A stretch of DNA of 64,000 bases from Bacteroidaceae bacterium. GTDB taxonomy: Bacteria > Bacteroidota > Bacteroidia > Bacteroidales > Bacteroidaceae. Positions 1 through 8,510 of the stretch are shown here, piece by piece (the stretch's first letter is position 1; each line of letters opens with the position of its first letter). Made by a program: the position numbers and the translations under genes. Below the pieces are notes generated by a model. That model saw nothing but the letters and a program-made list of their open reading frames with translations. It did not search any database and was not told the origin of the DNA. Where the stretch lies: positions 8,363-72,362 of the forward strand of contig JAGAYH010000021.1 of NCBI GenBank assembly GCA_017940565.1. Direction: 5' to 3'.

Positions 1-163
1 CTATCTCCTCCACATAGCGCATCTCACCGCTTTCGTGAGCGCATTGCCCGAGGAAATGCGCCATGCGCAGGGGTGTCGTCACCCCGAACTTCGGTGCCCA
101 TGCGTTCAGCACGCGCAGGTCATCCTCCAACCGCGCACTCGGCCAATTCGGGGCTATCATCAT
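1..163 (-). CDS. endolysin, GH19 (chitinase-like) family; N-terminal fragment that runs off the left edge
   Basis: Manual minus-strand translation from the ATG at 163 gives MMIAPNWPSARLEDDLRVLNAWAPKFGVTTPLRMAHFLGQCAHESGEMRYVEEI. AHFLxQxxHESG is the hallmark catalytic-Glu motif of GH19 lysins. The ORF starts 21 nt after the holin-like gene. Confidence 0.6.
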   Translation of the reverse strand, partial: MMIAPNWPSARLEDDLRVLNAWAPKFGVTTPLRMAHFLGQCAHESGEMRYVEEI

Positions 164-183
164 GCATTGTGCTTTCGTTACGA

Positions 184-714
184 TCATGGTTCCTCTTTTT
201 TCAAGTTATTCCCTTTAATCACATCGTCCAAGCTGTCTTCCAACGCTTCGCCAACATCGGCGTTCTTCTTCTTCACCAGAGATATAATGAAGCGCAGAAT
301 ATATTTGAATACTACCTTCCAAGAAAATCGGACATGGAATTGAATGTAGGCTATGTGCTTTACCAGGCTGTCAAGTTCGCAAAAAGCACCGATGCCGAGA
401 CCTATTAGCACGCCGACTTGGCCACTTACACACCAACCGAGACGTACACCGATGGCACTGGCAAGGAAATAGCCAATTAAGGCATAGGTGAAATAATCTC
501 CGAATTTATTGGCGGTCCGCCGTATCGCCTTGCTGTCGCTGAAGTGCTTGCCATCAAGTTTCGCTTCGCGTACCCCCCACCAAAAATCGGCTATCATCAA
601 CACACCCAATGCAGCCAATACAAGCCGCAAATCAAAAACATATTGTCCGAGCTCCGCCGTCCACAAAGCCGGCGCAACATATCTTGCATTTGTCATCTCT
701 ACGTTGTTTAGCAT
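184..714 (-). CDS. holin-like membrane protein
   Basis: 176 aa with several hydrophobic helices (LVLAALGVLMIADFWWG, YALIGYFLASAIG, VLIGLGIGAF). The segment ADFWWGVREAKLDGKHFSDSKAIRRTANKF resembles the holin 4_1-type motif. It lies directly upstream of the lysin fragment. Confidence 0.5.
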   Translation of the reverse strand: MLNNVEMTNARYVAPALWTAELGQYVFDLRLVLAALGVLMIADFWWGVREAKLDGKHFSDSKAIRRTANKFGDYFTYALIGYFLASAIGVRLGWCVSGQVGVLIGLGIGAFCELDSLVKHIAYIQFHVRFSWKVVFKYILRFIISLVKKKNADVGEALEDSLDDVIKGNNLKKEEP

Positions 715-843
715 TTAACTATATAGTGTATAGGACCTAATCCTTAAATAGTGGGGTGTCTCTATATTACGAATTGTCTTCGGCTCAGGAGCGCGGGGCT
801 GTCAACTCCCGCCACTCCTTTCGCCTACATGCTTATGAGAAAG

Positions 844-2397
844 TTAGCTGATTCCAAGAATCTCGTTCAATTCCGTCTGCGTGACGGCAAAGTAATCGCC
901 GTTGAGCAGTACGAACTCCGTACCGTCATACACATATACCAGATTGGTAATGGCATCCTTGTATTCCTTGTCCGTCTCGCCTGCCACGAGAGAAGTCTTG
1001 CCGCTGTCAGAGTAGAACTCGCCCTTACTTGTGGACGTGTTGTACTGATAGTAACCCACAATAATGTCCTTAATGGAATTGGGCAGTTGGCTTGAAGGCA
1101 CTTTGCCTGTGGCATCCAACGTGGCAACACCACTGGCTGCACCCATTTCCGTGCGCTTCACCTGTGCATCGTTGGTTACATTCCCAAGACCCACGTCACC
1201 TTTGGCAAGCGCCATGTCCGTTTTCAGCTTGGCCACGGTCACAACATCGCTGGTCGTGCCGTCTATCGTCTTGGTAATTTTCTTGTTGGTCGTGTCGTAG
1301 TTGACATCGGCATTATTGGCATTGTTGCTTATCGTGGCCAACTTGTCAGCCAAAGCCTTACCCTTGTCACCGGCATAAGCCGTGCTGCTCGTTTCGCCCA
1401 AAGCAAGTGACGGACTGATTTCGACATAGGCACTGCCGCTCCAACGGTAGGTCAAGTTGGTGTCTAATGCAACATATATCTTGCCACTCTCTCCTACCGT
1501 AGGGAATGCGTCTTGGTTGTTATATTCCAACACGTCATCCACGTAACTCGGTAATTGACTTTCGGGCACTTTACCGCTGGCGTCAAGGGAAGCCACACCG
1601 CCGTTAACACCGCGACCTACCAAATCATGGGCAGCATCCCTATCCATCACTGTACCAGCCGTTCCGTTCTTCGTCTGTTCAAGACGATGGTTTGAATTGT
1701 TATAAGCCACATCGGTTACCGCACCTCCGGCTGAAACAATCGTGGCGGCGGTAACAATGTCCGTGGTTGTTCCCTCAACAGTTTTAGTGAGTTTATTGTT
1801 GGTGGTATCATAGTTCACATCGATGTCGCGGCCTGCCAACTTCACCGTGGCTTGGTCGTTGGCTACATAGATTTTACCGGTGGCCGCATCAACATAGATT
1901 TTGGTCGTGGAAGGAACAATCGGGTCGCCTGTAAAACTGCTGTTGGTGTAGAACTTGCTGTCTGCGGAATTGTAATAGCCGCTGACCGCTTCATCTTCGG
2001 CTTCTCCATAGTCGCGGAAGAACCATACCCAGTTGCTCCCGTCATAGTAGTAGAATTGCACCAACTTCGTACCGGCCATGTCCTTGTTCGTACTTGCAAT
2101 CAAAGCACCATTGTACTTCACGCGCTTTGCTCCCGTTCCGTTCACATTAAAGGTCGGGTTGTTGGCCGTGTTCGTGCCGGTGGTGAAGCTAACGGCAATG
2201 ATTGCACCGCTTTTCAACGTCCAATCCGATACACCTTGGAGTGTAATTACCTTTGCCGCCGTTCCTACTGCGGTACTGCTCACGCCATAAGCGAATGTGC
2301 TCACTTTGCCAACATCGGTTTTAGTGGCAAACGTGGTTTCCGCCTGCTGCCATAGTGCGGCAAGCGATTGTTTCAGAGTTAATTTCTGTTCTGCCAT
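844..2397 (-). CDS. tail fibre / receptor-binding protein
   Basis: 517 aa. It contains the common phage-fibre motif twice (SLDASGKVPESQLPSYVDDVLEY...GKIYVALDTNLTYRWSGSAYVEI and TLDATGKVPSSQLPNSI). It also has a duplicated DVNYDTTNxKxTKTxxGTTxDxVT module. Confidence 0.7.
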   Translation of the reverse strand: MAEQKLTLKQSLAALWQQAETTFATKTDVGKVSTFAYGVSSTAVGTAAKVITLQGVSDWTLKSGAIIAVSFTTGTNTANNPTFNVNGTGAKRVKYNGALIASTNKDMAGTKLVQFYYYDGSNWVWFFRDYGEAEDEAVSGYYNSADSKFYTNSSFTGDPIVPSTTKIYVDAATGKIYVANDQATVKLAGRDIDVNYDTTNNKLTKTVEGTTTDIVTAATIVSAGGAVTDVAYNNSNHRLEQTKNGTAGTVMDRDAAHDLVGRGVNGGVASLDASGKVPESQLPSYVDDVLEYNNQDAFPTVGESGKIYVALDTNLTYRWSGSAYVEISPSLALGETSSTAYAGDKGKALADKLATISNNANNADVNYDTTNKKITKTIDGTTSDVVTVAKLKTDMALAKGDVGLGNVTNDAQVKRTEMGAASGVATLDATGKVPSSQLPNSIKDIIVGYYQYNTSTSKGEFYSDSGKTSLVAGETDKEYKDAITNLVYVYDGTEFVLLNGDYFAVTQTELNEILGIS

Positions 2398-2411
2398 GTC
2401 AATCTATCTTT

Positions 2412-3611
2412 TTATATTTTACCTGTTATCTCGTCTATGTCGGCCTGCGTCACCTCCCATGCCACACCATCGGGCATGAACTGCCGGTCCAAACGCTTCA
2501 CATCGCTGTCGTACAACGTCACCTCGGCACTCACGTTCTGCAGGAACGAGAAGCCTACATACACCGTGTTATCAACGTTCCAGATATAGAAGCTGTCGTC
2601 TCCCGTGGGGTTCTGCGGGCTCGCGGTGATGTCCCACCGCTCCGACACATAGTAATGCCCCTCGTCATCCGTCTTGGGAAGCAGTGCCGTGTAGGAATAC
2701 AGCTGGTTACCAACGCGCACCTCCACGTCATAGCGTTTCCCGATGGTGATACCGGTCACGCCGGTCACCGTGCCGTAGTTACCCGAGAGCGACACATTGG
2801 CCGTCCACTCCGCCTCTCTGCCTCTCACGTAGTGCGTCCGGTTCCGTATATACGACGGACTGGTGGGGTCATTCTCCTCCCAGTCAGCCTGTACAGCCTG
2901 CACGGTAATCTCATCGATGCGCTCGTTCACATCGGCAAGACCATCTGCCAACGCCTGTTGCAGCGCCTCAAACTGCGCCCGCGTCGGTGCATCCTGACCC
3001 AAGAAGGTCACGCTGCCTAACGATACAGCTTGATAATCATAACCGGTCTGTCCGGCAAAGGATGACTCGAAAGACGATTCTACAATCTCGAAACAGTCTT
3101 CAATCACGCCACGGTAACGCTGGCCGTTCTGCTCGTCGGTCAACTCAAAATGATACAACCCCAACGGCAATGTGCCAGGGATTGTCAGTGATAGGATATG
3201 GTTGTTTACTTGCCAATCGGTAATCTCATAACGCCAGGGTAACGGCGCACCACAACCGCAGGGAGGAGGAGGCAGGAAGGGGCGGTCTTCTTCACAAGGC
3301 GGTAAGATGCACGGACCGTCATCATCACAGTCCATCCCGCCGGGGACAAACGGAAACGGCGAACAGCCGAAAGCGTCGTCTGACAATTCGTGACAGTCTG
3401 CAAGGACTCTCGGAGGCGGTGGAGGAAACGGCACATGCTCAGAGAGGTCAGGCAACGACGGGGAACCGTTGACAACATAGACGTGCATGTTTTCCGTCGG
3501 GGTATAATGTTCCCGACGGACACTGCCGTCCTGCGTATAGATGAACTGATACAATGGAAGGGCGACCGGTACGCTGTTTCCGCGGACAATCTTCAATCTT
3601 TCCATGGTCAT
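2412..3611 (-). CDS. second tail-fibre-associated structural protein with a Cys/Pro-rich hinge
   Basis: 399 aa. The ADWEENDPTSPSYIRNRTH motif resembles the DWnxxD..P.yIKNKP linker common in phage fibre proteins. Its start overlaps the upstream stop (TGATG), suggesting translational coupling. Confidence 0.5.
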   Translation of the reverse strand: MTMERLKIVRGNSVPVALPLYQFIYTQDGSVRREHYTPTENMHVYVVNGSPSLPDLSEHVPFPPPPPRVLADCHELSDDAFGCSPFPFVPGGMDCDDDGPCILPPCEEDRPFLPPPPCGCGAPLPWRYEITDWQVNNHILSLTIPGTLPLGLYHFELTDEQNGQRYRGVIEDCFEIVESSFESSFAGQTGYDYQAVSLGSVTFLGQDAPTRAQFEALQQALADGLADVNERIDEITVQAVQADWEENDPTSPSYIRNRTHYVRGREAEWTANVSLSGNYGTVTGVTGITIGKRYDVEVRVGNQLYSYTALLPKTDDEGHYYVSERWDITASPQNPTGDDSFYIWNVDNTVYVGFSFLQNVSAEVTLYDSDVKRLDRQFMPDGVAWEVTQADIDEITGKI

Positions 3612-4291
3612 CAGGCTTCTTTGACGTCAACTACCCGACTTAAAGCATACATCCGCTCGGCAACGGCGCCTTCTTTGCGGCCTTCAAGGAATAACCCGCA
3701 GGCGCGATAGACCAATAGCATCTCGGCCTCGGCTCGTAAGGAACTCTGCAGCACATCGGCTCCCGAGGAGGAAGACAGGGATGGCCGGGGAATATACAGA
3801 CACTTCTCTACGCTATCTGATTTGCTCGCGGCGGTCCAATACATCAATACATCTTGACCGAAACGGTTTTTCTCTACGATGGCCACGGGTTTCTCTGGTG
3901 TACCCCAACCCCAGGGCGTTGCCTGACGCTTGAACTCATCGGTATCAACGGCAGTAAGTGCATTCAGTGACAACGGCCAAGAGGATAATTTCAGACTTAA
4001 TAAACGTAAATAGTCTTCGGGCAGCACAATATAGCCGCGTCCAAGGTCGTCTTTATAGTGCTGACCAGCGGCCGGACGTGTACTGGGGATGCTGGACACC
4101 TCACTTATTGTAACGGCAGACGGAAGCAACCAGTCTTCTGGCAAACTCATACTCAACTGCACGGCGGCGTATTCCAACGCTTGTGCCAACTCGGCATCAA
4201 CACCCTGCACAAATACATCTACCGACGAAGCGATGTCATCAATCGCCTTGCGACATTTACCTATCAAAATCGATAATGACCAATCTGCCAT
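3611..4291 (-). CDS. hypothetical phage structural-module protein
   Basis: 226-aa ORF in the same-strand structural operon between the capsid and fibre genes. No motif recognised. Confidence 0.55.
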   Translation of the reverse strand: MADWSLSILIGKCRKAIDDIASSVDVFVQGVDAELAQALEYAAVQLSMSLPEDWLLPSAVTISEVSSIPSTRPAAGQHYKDDLGRGYIVLPEDYLRLLSLKLSSWPLSLNALTAVDTDEFKRQATPWGWGTPEKPVAIVEKNRFGQDVLMYWTAASKSDSVEKCLYIPRPSLSSSSGADVLQSSLRAEAEMLLVYRACGLFLEGRKEGAVAERMYALSRVVDVKEA

Positions 4292-4356
4292 GACTTATTT
4301 GCTTTCTTGTTATACCTCCCTGTCGTGTTCCCTATCGCTTAATTATGAATTAAGTG

Positions 4357-4761
4357 TTAAGAATTAACCACCTCATACACCACGCCGACACGCTTGGCAA
4401 AGGCTTCCACCTGAGCCGGCGTTTTTAAGGCTTTGGCTTCGGCACCATACGTCTTCTTGAAGTGCGCTTTCACCTGAGAGAAGTTGCTAAACCGAAGTAC
4501 GTCTTTCTCTTCCGGCGCCGATTGAGGGGTATTCGTTGTGGATGGTGCAGCAGCAACAGCCTCGGCGGGCTCGCTGCCGTATTCTCTTATCTTTCCTTGC
4601 TTGTAAAAACGGTGACGACGGATGGCGGCTATCACCGATGCGTCATGAGTGACAAAGGTGCTCGGGTCGCCTGGATGGCTCTCGCCAAACACCACCAGAC
4701 GCTCGGCGCCTTCACCGATGCTGACCTTAAATATCAACTGCTTCTCACTCGAAAATATCAT
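4357..4761 (-). CDS. hypothetical phage protein
   Basis: 134-aa ORF downstream of the capsid terminator, in the same orientation. No motif recognised. Confidence 0.5.
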   Translation of the reverse strand: MIFSSEKQLIFKVSIGEGAERLVVFGESHPGDPSTFVTHDASVIAAIRRHRFYKQGKIREYGSEPAEAVAAAPSTTNTPQSAPEEKDVLRFSNFSQVKAHFKKTYGAEAKALKTPAQVEAFAKRVGVVYEVVNS

Positions 4762-4827
4762 GTTTCCTGCTTTTTGTTATTACTATCTCACTATAGACTC
4801 TATAGGAACTGTTTTTGATTTTGTATT

Positions 4828-4866
4828 AAAAAAGCCCGGGGCACCGGGAAAACCCGATAACCCCGG
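4828..4866 (-). terminator. rho-independent terminator after the capsid candidate
   Basis: CCGGGG (4836-4841) pairs with CCCCGG (4861-4866), plus an inner CGGG/CCCG pair. On the minus strand a T6 run follows (plus-strand A-run 4828-4833). Confidence 0.6.
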
Positions 4867-4896
4867 ACCAAAACTTCAAGCAATGAAAAGGTATCT

Positions 4897-6645
4897 TTAG
4901 GCGGCCAACAGTTCGTCAGTCACACCGAGTGAGGTGTCAAACTCCGGACGGCCCACACGGGCGTGGGCGTTCGGGAACTGAAGCGTCCAGGCACTGTACT
5001 CGGTCATTACTACGGCGTCAGAATTGCGGACGAACAGGTTACGAAGGTCATATTCCTTGCGGTCCCAGTCACCGAATACCCACTTCTCCAGATAGCGCGG
5101 GTCAAGGCAGAAGCCCATACCGTCCATCTTCATGTAGTTGAAGGCGTCATGACGGTAGATAAGTATCTTCGTGCCCATGCTCGAGAAGCTCTCGAAATCG
5201 AGATTCCAGTTGCGGTAGTTCGACTCGCTCTGAAGGATAATGCGGTGGTCCGTATTGATATTGGCAAGAGCCTGATATATCAGATTGTCCACAAAGAATA
5301 TCTTCGTGCGGCTGCCATTACCGGCGTCCTGAATGACAGCGTTCACGAAACGCGTCAGTTCTTTCTGGTCGATAACATATTCATATACGGTCTTAGTTAC
5401 CATCTTGGCAGTTGGTGTAGTGCCGGTGTCGGGAGTAACGGAAGTACCGTCGGAAGCAGCCTTCCAAGCCGTGCCGTCCTTGTAAACAACAACGGTGGCA
5501 GCCGTGCCGTCTGTGGTAACAGTGGCATTATATAACAGATGACCGCTATCGTCGGCGTCCTGAACGGAGGTGGTTACGGGAACTTTGTCACCATTGGCGT
5601 CAGATGTCATCTTCTTCTCCCAATGACCGATTTCAAGGTCCTTACCGGCCTCCCAATAGATACCGCCGGTGGTGTAAATCTCACCGCTCTCGCTCCAGCT
5701 GATGCGACCCTTGATGCCGAACAGACCGCTGCGCTCGATACCGCCGCGCATGTCGTCAACGGCAATACGCTCCTGCTTGATGAAGTCCCAGTCAACGACG
5801 GTCTTCAACATCTGCTCAATCTTACTCTGCTCGACCTGCATGATGTAGCGCTGGCAGTATTGCTCGCTCGGGGCGGGCATCGTGTAGTAACTGCCGGTCT
5901 TCACGTCACGCTCACCGGCGGCACGGCCCAGACGAAGCATCACAGCACCTTCGGGAATGACTGGTAGGTCGTAATTGTTACCGGCGCTGGCATTGAGCTT
6001 ACCGTTAATGGCAATTACAATAGGAGCACCAGCGGCAGTGCGGCCAACCACGCGGACCATCAGAGGATGATACGGGTCTTCAGTTGTACCGTCGGCCTTG
6101 TAACCTTTAACTTTTGGGAAAAGGATAGTGTCCATATTGTCAAAGCACTTGGGATTGACAGGAGCAATCTCATTACCCAAACCATTGTTTGTGCCGGTAA
6201 CGGCAGTCTGCAATGTGGTGTAAACCGGACGCTGGCCAACTCGGTAGTATTTGATAATCATACTGTCGGCATGATTGCTACGGTTAGCACTGCGCAGGAT
6301 TTGGTCAATAGGACAACTCTCCAACTTCATCTCGCAGATACGCTTGTTAATCTGCTTCTGATAATAGTCAAAGTCTTTGTTCGTTTCCTCGGCAATCTTG
6401 CGGCTATCTTCATGCCACTGACCACCGCGGTCATCAGGACCACTGGCAACAACACCGCCTCCGGGAATTTCGTCCACACGATTCTCCAGGGTCGGATTGT
6501 CCGGGTCGTTTGCAAGCGGAGCCGTTGCTGCTGCAGCATAAGCACCGCCACCACTCAGGATCATGGCAACCATTGCTGCCACAAATCCCAACCAATTCTT
6601 AAACTTCTTCATACAATTCTCGTTTTTTGTTATTACTGTTTTCAA
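4897..6645 (-). CDS. putative major capsid protein with an N-terminal signal/TM-like segment
   Basis: 582 aa. It lies immediately after the scaffold-like gene and before a strong terminator. The central segment QYCQRYIMQVEQSKIEQMLKTVVDWDFIKQERIAVDDMRGGIERSGLFGIKG looks like an HK97-fold capsid signature region. The N-terminus reads KKFKNWLGFVAAMVAMILSGGGAYAAAATAP. The call is positional and motif-level only. Confidence 0.5.
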   Translation of the reverse strand: MKTVITKNENCMKKFKNWLGFVAAMVAMILSGGGAYAAAATAPLANDPDNPTLENRVDEIPGGGVVASGPDDRGGQWHEDSRKIAEETNKDFDYYQKQINKRICEMKLESCPIDQILRSANRSNHADSMIIKYYRVGQRPVYTTLQTAVTGTNNGLGNEIAPVNPKCFDNMDTILFPKVKGYKADGTTEDPYHPLMVRVVGRTAAGAPIVIAINGKLNASAGNNYDLPVIPEGAVMLRLGRAAGERDVKTGSYYTMPAPSEQYCQRYIMQVEQSKIEQMLKTVVDWDFIKQERIAVDDMRGGIERSGLFGIKGRISWSESGEIYTTGGIYWEAGKDLEIGHWEKKMTSDANGDKVPVTTSVQDADDSGHLLYNATVTTDGTAATVVVYKDGTAWKAASDGTSVTPDTGTTPTAKMVTKTVYEYVIDQKELTRFVNAVIQDAGNGSRTKIFFVDNLIYQALANINTDHRIILQSESNYRNWNLDFESFSSMGTKILIYRHDAFNYMKMDGMGFCLDPRYLEKWVFGDWDRKEYDLRNLFVRNSDAVVMTEYSAWTLQFPNAHARVGRPEFDTSLGVTDELLAA

Positions 6646-6663
6646 CTCTCTGTCTCTTTCTGA

Positions 6664-7431
6664 TTAGTAAACGCTTCCCATCCGCTCCAGATTGGTCAGA
6701 TACGGGTCTTCATCGCGCTCTTCAGGCTGGCCGCCGCCATTGCCCAAAACAGGCACGCGCTCGCTGCGGGTGCGGCGATGCGCCGTCATGTCTATCTTCT
6801 CATTACGGCCACGCACATAGCCTTTATCCTCGGCCTCGGCCATGCGCTGGTCATAATCCTTCAACTTAAACAGACGCAGGAAGTCGTCTTTGGTCAACTC
6901 AAAACGGGCGGCTCGACGCAACAGGCCGGTCTCGCTGTTGTATATCCAATCCACCAGGTCTTTGATTTCACCGAGCTTGTAACCGGCTTCCTTGGCGGCT
7001 GCCTCCAGTTCACTGTCCTCGGCGGCAACTAAAGCATCGGCCTCGGCACTCATCTGCTCGGAGGCTTCTTTGGCCTGACGACGCGCTTCACGGCCGGCTT
7101 CATAACGGGCCATGTTCACTTCATTACCCTCAATGAGGTCTTCTACAATCTCGGGAGCTTCTTCCAACAGATAGGCGCCCAGGTCAAAGGCACTGCCATC
7201 GGCGTTCTTGCCCGTCGATAAACCGGCCAATAATACGGCGTTCTCAGGGTATTCCGCCATACGCTGATTGAAGGCGTCTCGCTCGGCGTTACGAGCGTCA
7301 AGGGCATCGTAATCGTCGGCTATCTGACCGGACAGTGCTTCGTCATCATCCATATTGAGGTCGGGATAACGGCTGTGCAGACGCTCACGGAGGGCATCGC
7401 GACGCGATAGTTTTTTCTCTTCTTCTGCCAT
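6664..7431 (-). CDS. putative scaffolding protein
   Basis: 255 aa, very acidic and helical (runs rich in E, D and A). It sits directly upstream of the capsid candidate. Confidence 0.4.
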   Translation of the reverse strand: MAEEEKKLSRRDALRERLHSRYPDLNMDDDEALSGQIADDYDALDARNAERDAFNQRMAEYPENAVLLAGLSTGKNADGSAFDLGAYLLEEAPEIVEDLIEGNEVNMARYEAGREARRQAKEASEQMSAEADALVAAEDSELEAAAKEAGYKLGEIKDLVDWIYNSETGLLRRAARFELTKDDFLRLFKLKDYDQRMAEAEDKGYVRGRNEKIDMTAHRRTRSERVPVLGNGGGQPEERDEDPYLTNLERMGSVY

Positions 7432-7458
7432 AACAGGATTTTTTTTGGATTTTCAGGC

Positions 7459-7466
7459 CAAAATTA
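7459..7466 (-). promoter_or_regulatory. -7 box TAATTTTG for the scaffold/capsid operon
   Basis: Exact match to the Bacteroidota TAnnTTTG consensus, 27 nt upstream of the ATG at 7431. ATTGTA lies exactly 32 nt further upstream (7499-7504). Confidence 0.5.
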
Positions 7467-7511
7467 TCCACTTGGGGGAATATACTCCTGATATTTCCTA
7501 CAATTACACCA

Positions 7512-7519
7512 TACTTTTG
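7512..7519 (+). promoter_or_regulatory. -7 box TACTTTTG for the plus-strand packaging block
   Basis: Exact TAnnTTTG match 25 nt upstream of the ATG at 7545. Confidence 0.5.
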
Positions 7520-7544
7520 TAGCAATTTCTTTTCTCGGCCTGCC

Positions 7545-7994
7545 ATGCGACACAAAAACGCCATCTCACAAATCAACCGCGAACGCAAACAAGAATTGCA
7601 CAGCCTGTTCCGACAAGCTCTGGCGATAGCACAAGATAGGGCGTCCATCTTCGCTACTGTGGACACCGTTTGCCATATCTGTGCCGACCTGCCGGCATCA
7701 CGTTTCTTTATCTCAGATTATTGGGCGGGGCGCTACATCAAACTCCGGCTCGCTGGAAAACAAAAACACTTCCGAAATCCCCGCAAGGACAAACTCTATA
7801 AAGCACTGTTCGACCAGTTTCAGAAAGTGGCCGCAGAGGACAAATATAGAAACCGCTCTTTCGATTCACTCGTCGATATCGCACTGCGGCAACCCGCTCC
7901 CTGCATAGGGCTGTCACCTACCTATCTCAAACTCGTCTTCCGCCAAGAACTCAACATCTACCAGTATAACGTCAACAAAGATAAACCCTGTTAA
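7545..7994 (+). CDS. hypothetical phage protein
   Basis: 149-aa basic protein, first gene of the plus-strand block that ends with TerL. No motif recognised. Confidence 0.5.
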   Translation: MRHKNAISQINRERKQELHSLFRQALAIAQDRASIFATVDTVCHICADLPASRFFISDYWAGRYIKLRLAGKQKHFRNPRKDKLYKALFDQFQKVAAEDKYRNRSFDSLVDIALRQPAPCIGLSPTYLKLVFRQELNIYQYNVNKDKPC

Positions 7995-8016
7995 ACCCAT
8001 CATCCCCTATCACACA

Positions 8017-8499
8017 ATGCCCCTCTACCCGACAATGATTGCTGCCCTGATTATGCTGTGCCTGCTGCCACTTGCGCCGCTCATGGCTACAGCAGCAGCG
8101 GCACCTCTTTACACACACTTCACTTATATGCTCGCCCATGCCAATCTATGGCACTGGGCTATCAACGCATGGGGACTCTTGCTTCTTAACCCTCTTTTTA
8201 CTTTACCACGGGTGACGGCCGCTTATCTCATCTCCGCCGGCATCTCGTTCATCCCAATAAATGAAGGACGCCCGCTCCTCGGCGCATCTGTCGTCGTGTG
8301 CTTCTTCATCGGCTTGACGCTACCGGCACTCCACCGCCGTAAACCGCTCATAGCGGCGCAGACGGTTATCCTTATTATAATAGGATGTCTCATACCTGGC
8401 ATTGCCGCTCTCCATCATATCGTCATGCTCCTCGCCGGTATTATATACCGACCTTTAGAGAGAATCACACGCGATGCCTTAAACTTCATTTCCCACTAA
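8017..8499 (+). CDS. rhomboid-family intramembrane serine protease homologue
   Basis: 160 aa with six hydrophobic segments. FTYMLAHANLWHWAIN aligns with the E. coli GlpG TM2 motif FTHALMHFSLMHILFN, conserving H, H and N. LLGASVVV corresponds to the GxSG catalytic-Ser motif in TM4. ALHHIVMLLAG corresponds to the AHxxGxxxG catalytic-His motif in TM6. Confidence 0.6.
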   Translation: MPLYPTMIAALIMLCLLPLAPLMATAAAAPLYTHFTYMLAHANLWHWAINAWGLLLLNPLFTLPRVTAAYLISAGISFIPINEGRPLLGASVVVCFFIGLTLPALHRRKPLIAAQTVILIIIGCLIPGIAALHHIVMLLAGIIYRPLERITRDALNFISH

Positions 8500-8510
8500 C
8501 ACTACCTTCC

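Noticed and set aside
35-408. Plus-strand ORFs 35-343 and 73-408
   Set aside because: They overlap the minus-strand lysin and holin genes, which have motif support. No features support them as coding.
715-843. Hairpin GGAGcGCGGG/CCCGCcaCTCC between the fibre and holin genes, as a terminator
   Set aside because: The stem is imperfect and there is no T-tract on the relevant minus strand. Support is too weak to call it.
844-3611. Diversity-generating retroelement targeting the fibre genes
   Set aside because: No reverse transcriptase and no near-identical template or variable repeat pair was seen. The internal repeats have diverged at the DNA level.
8385-8510. N-terminal extension of the TerL ORF
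   Set aside because: It overlaps the end of the rhomboid-like gene in another frame. The ATG at 8511 follows that gene's stop and gives a sensible TerL N-terminus.
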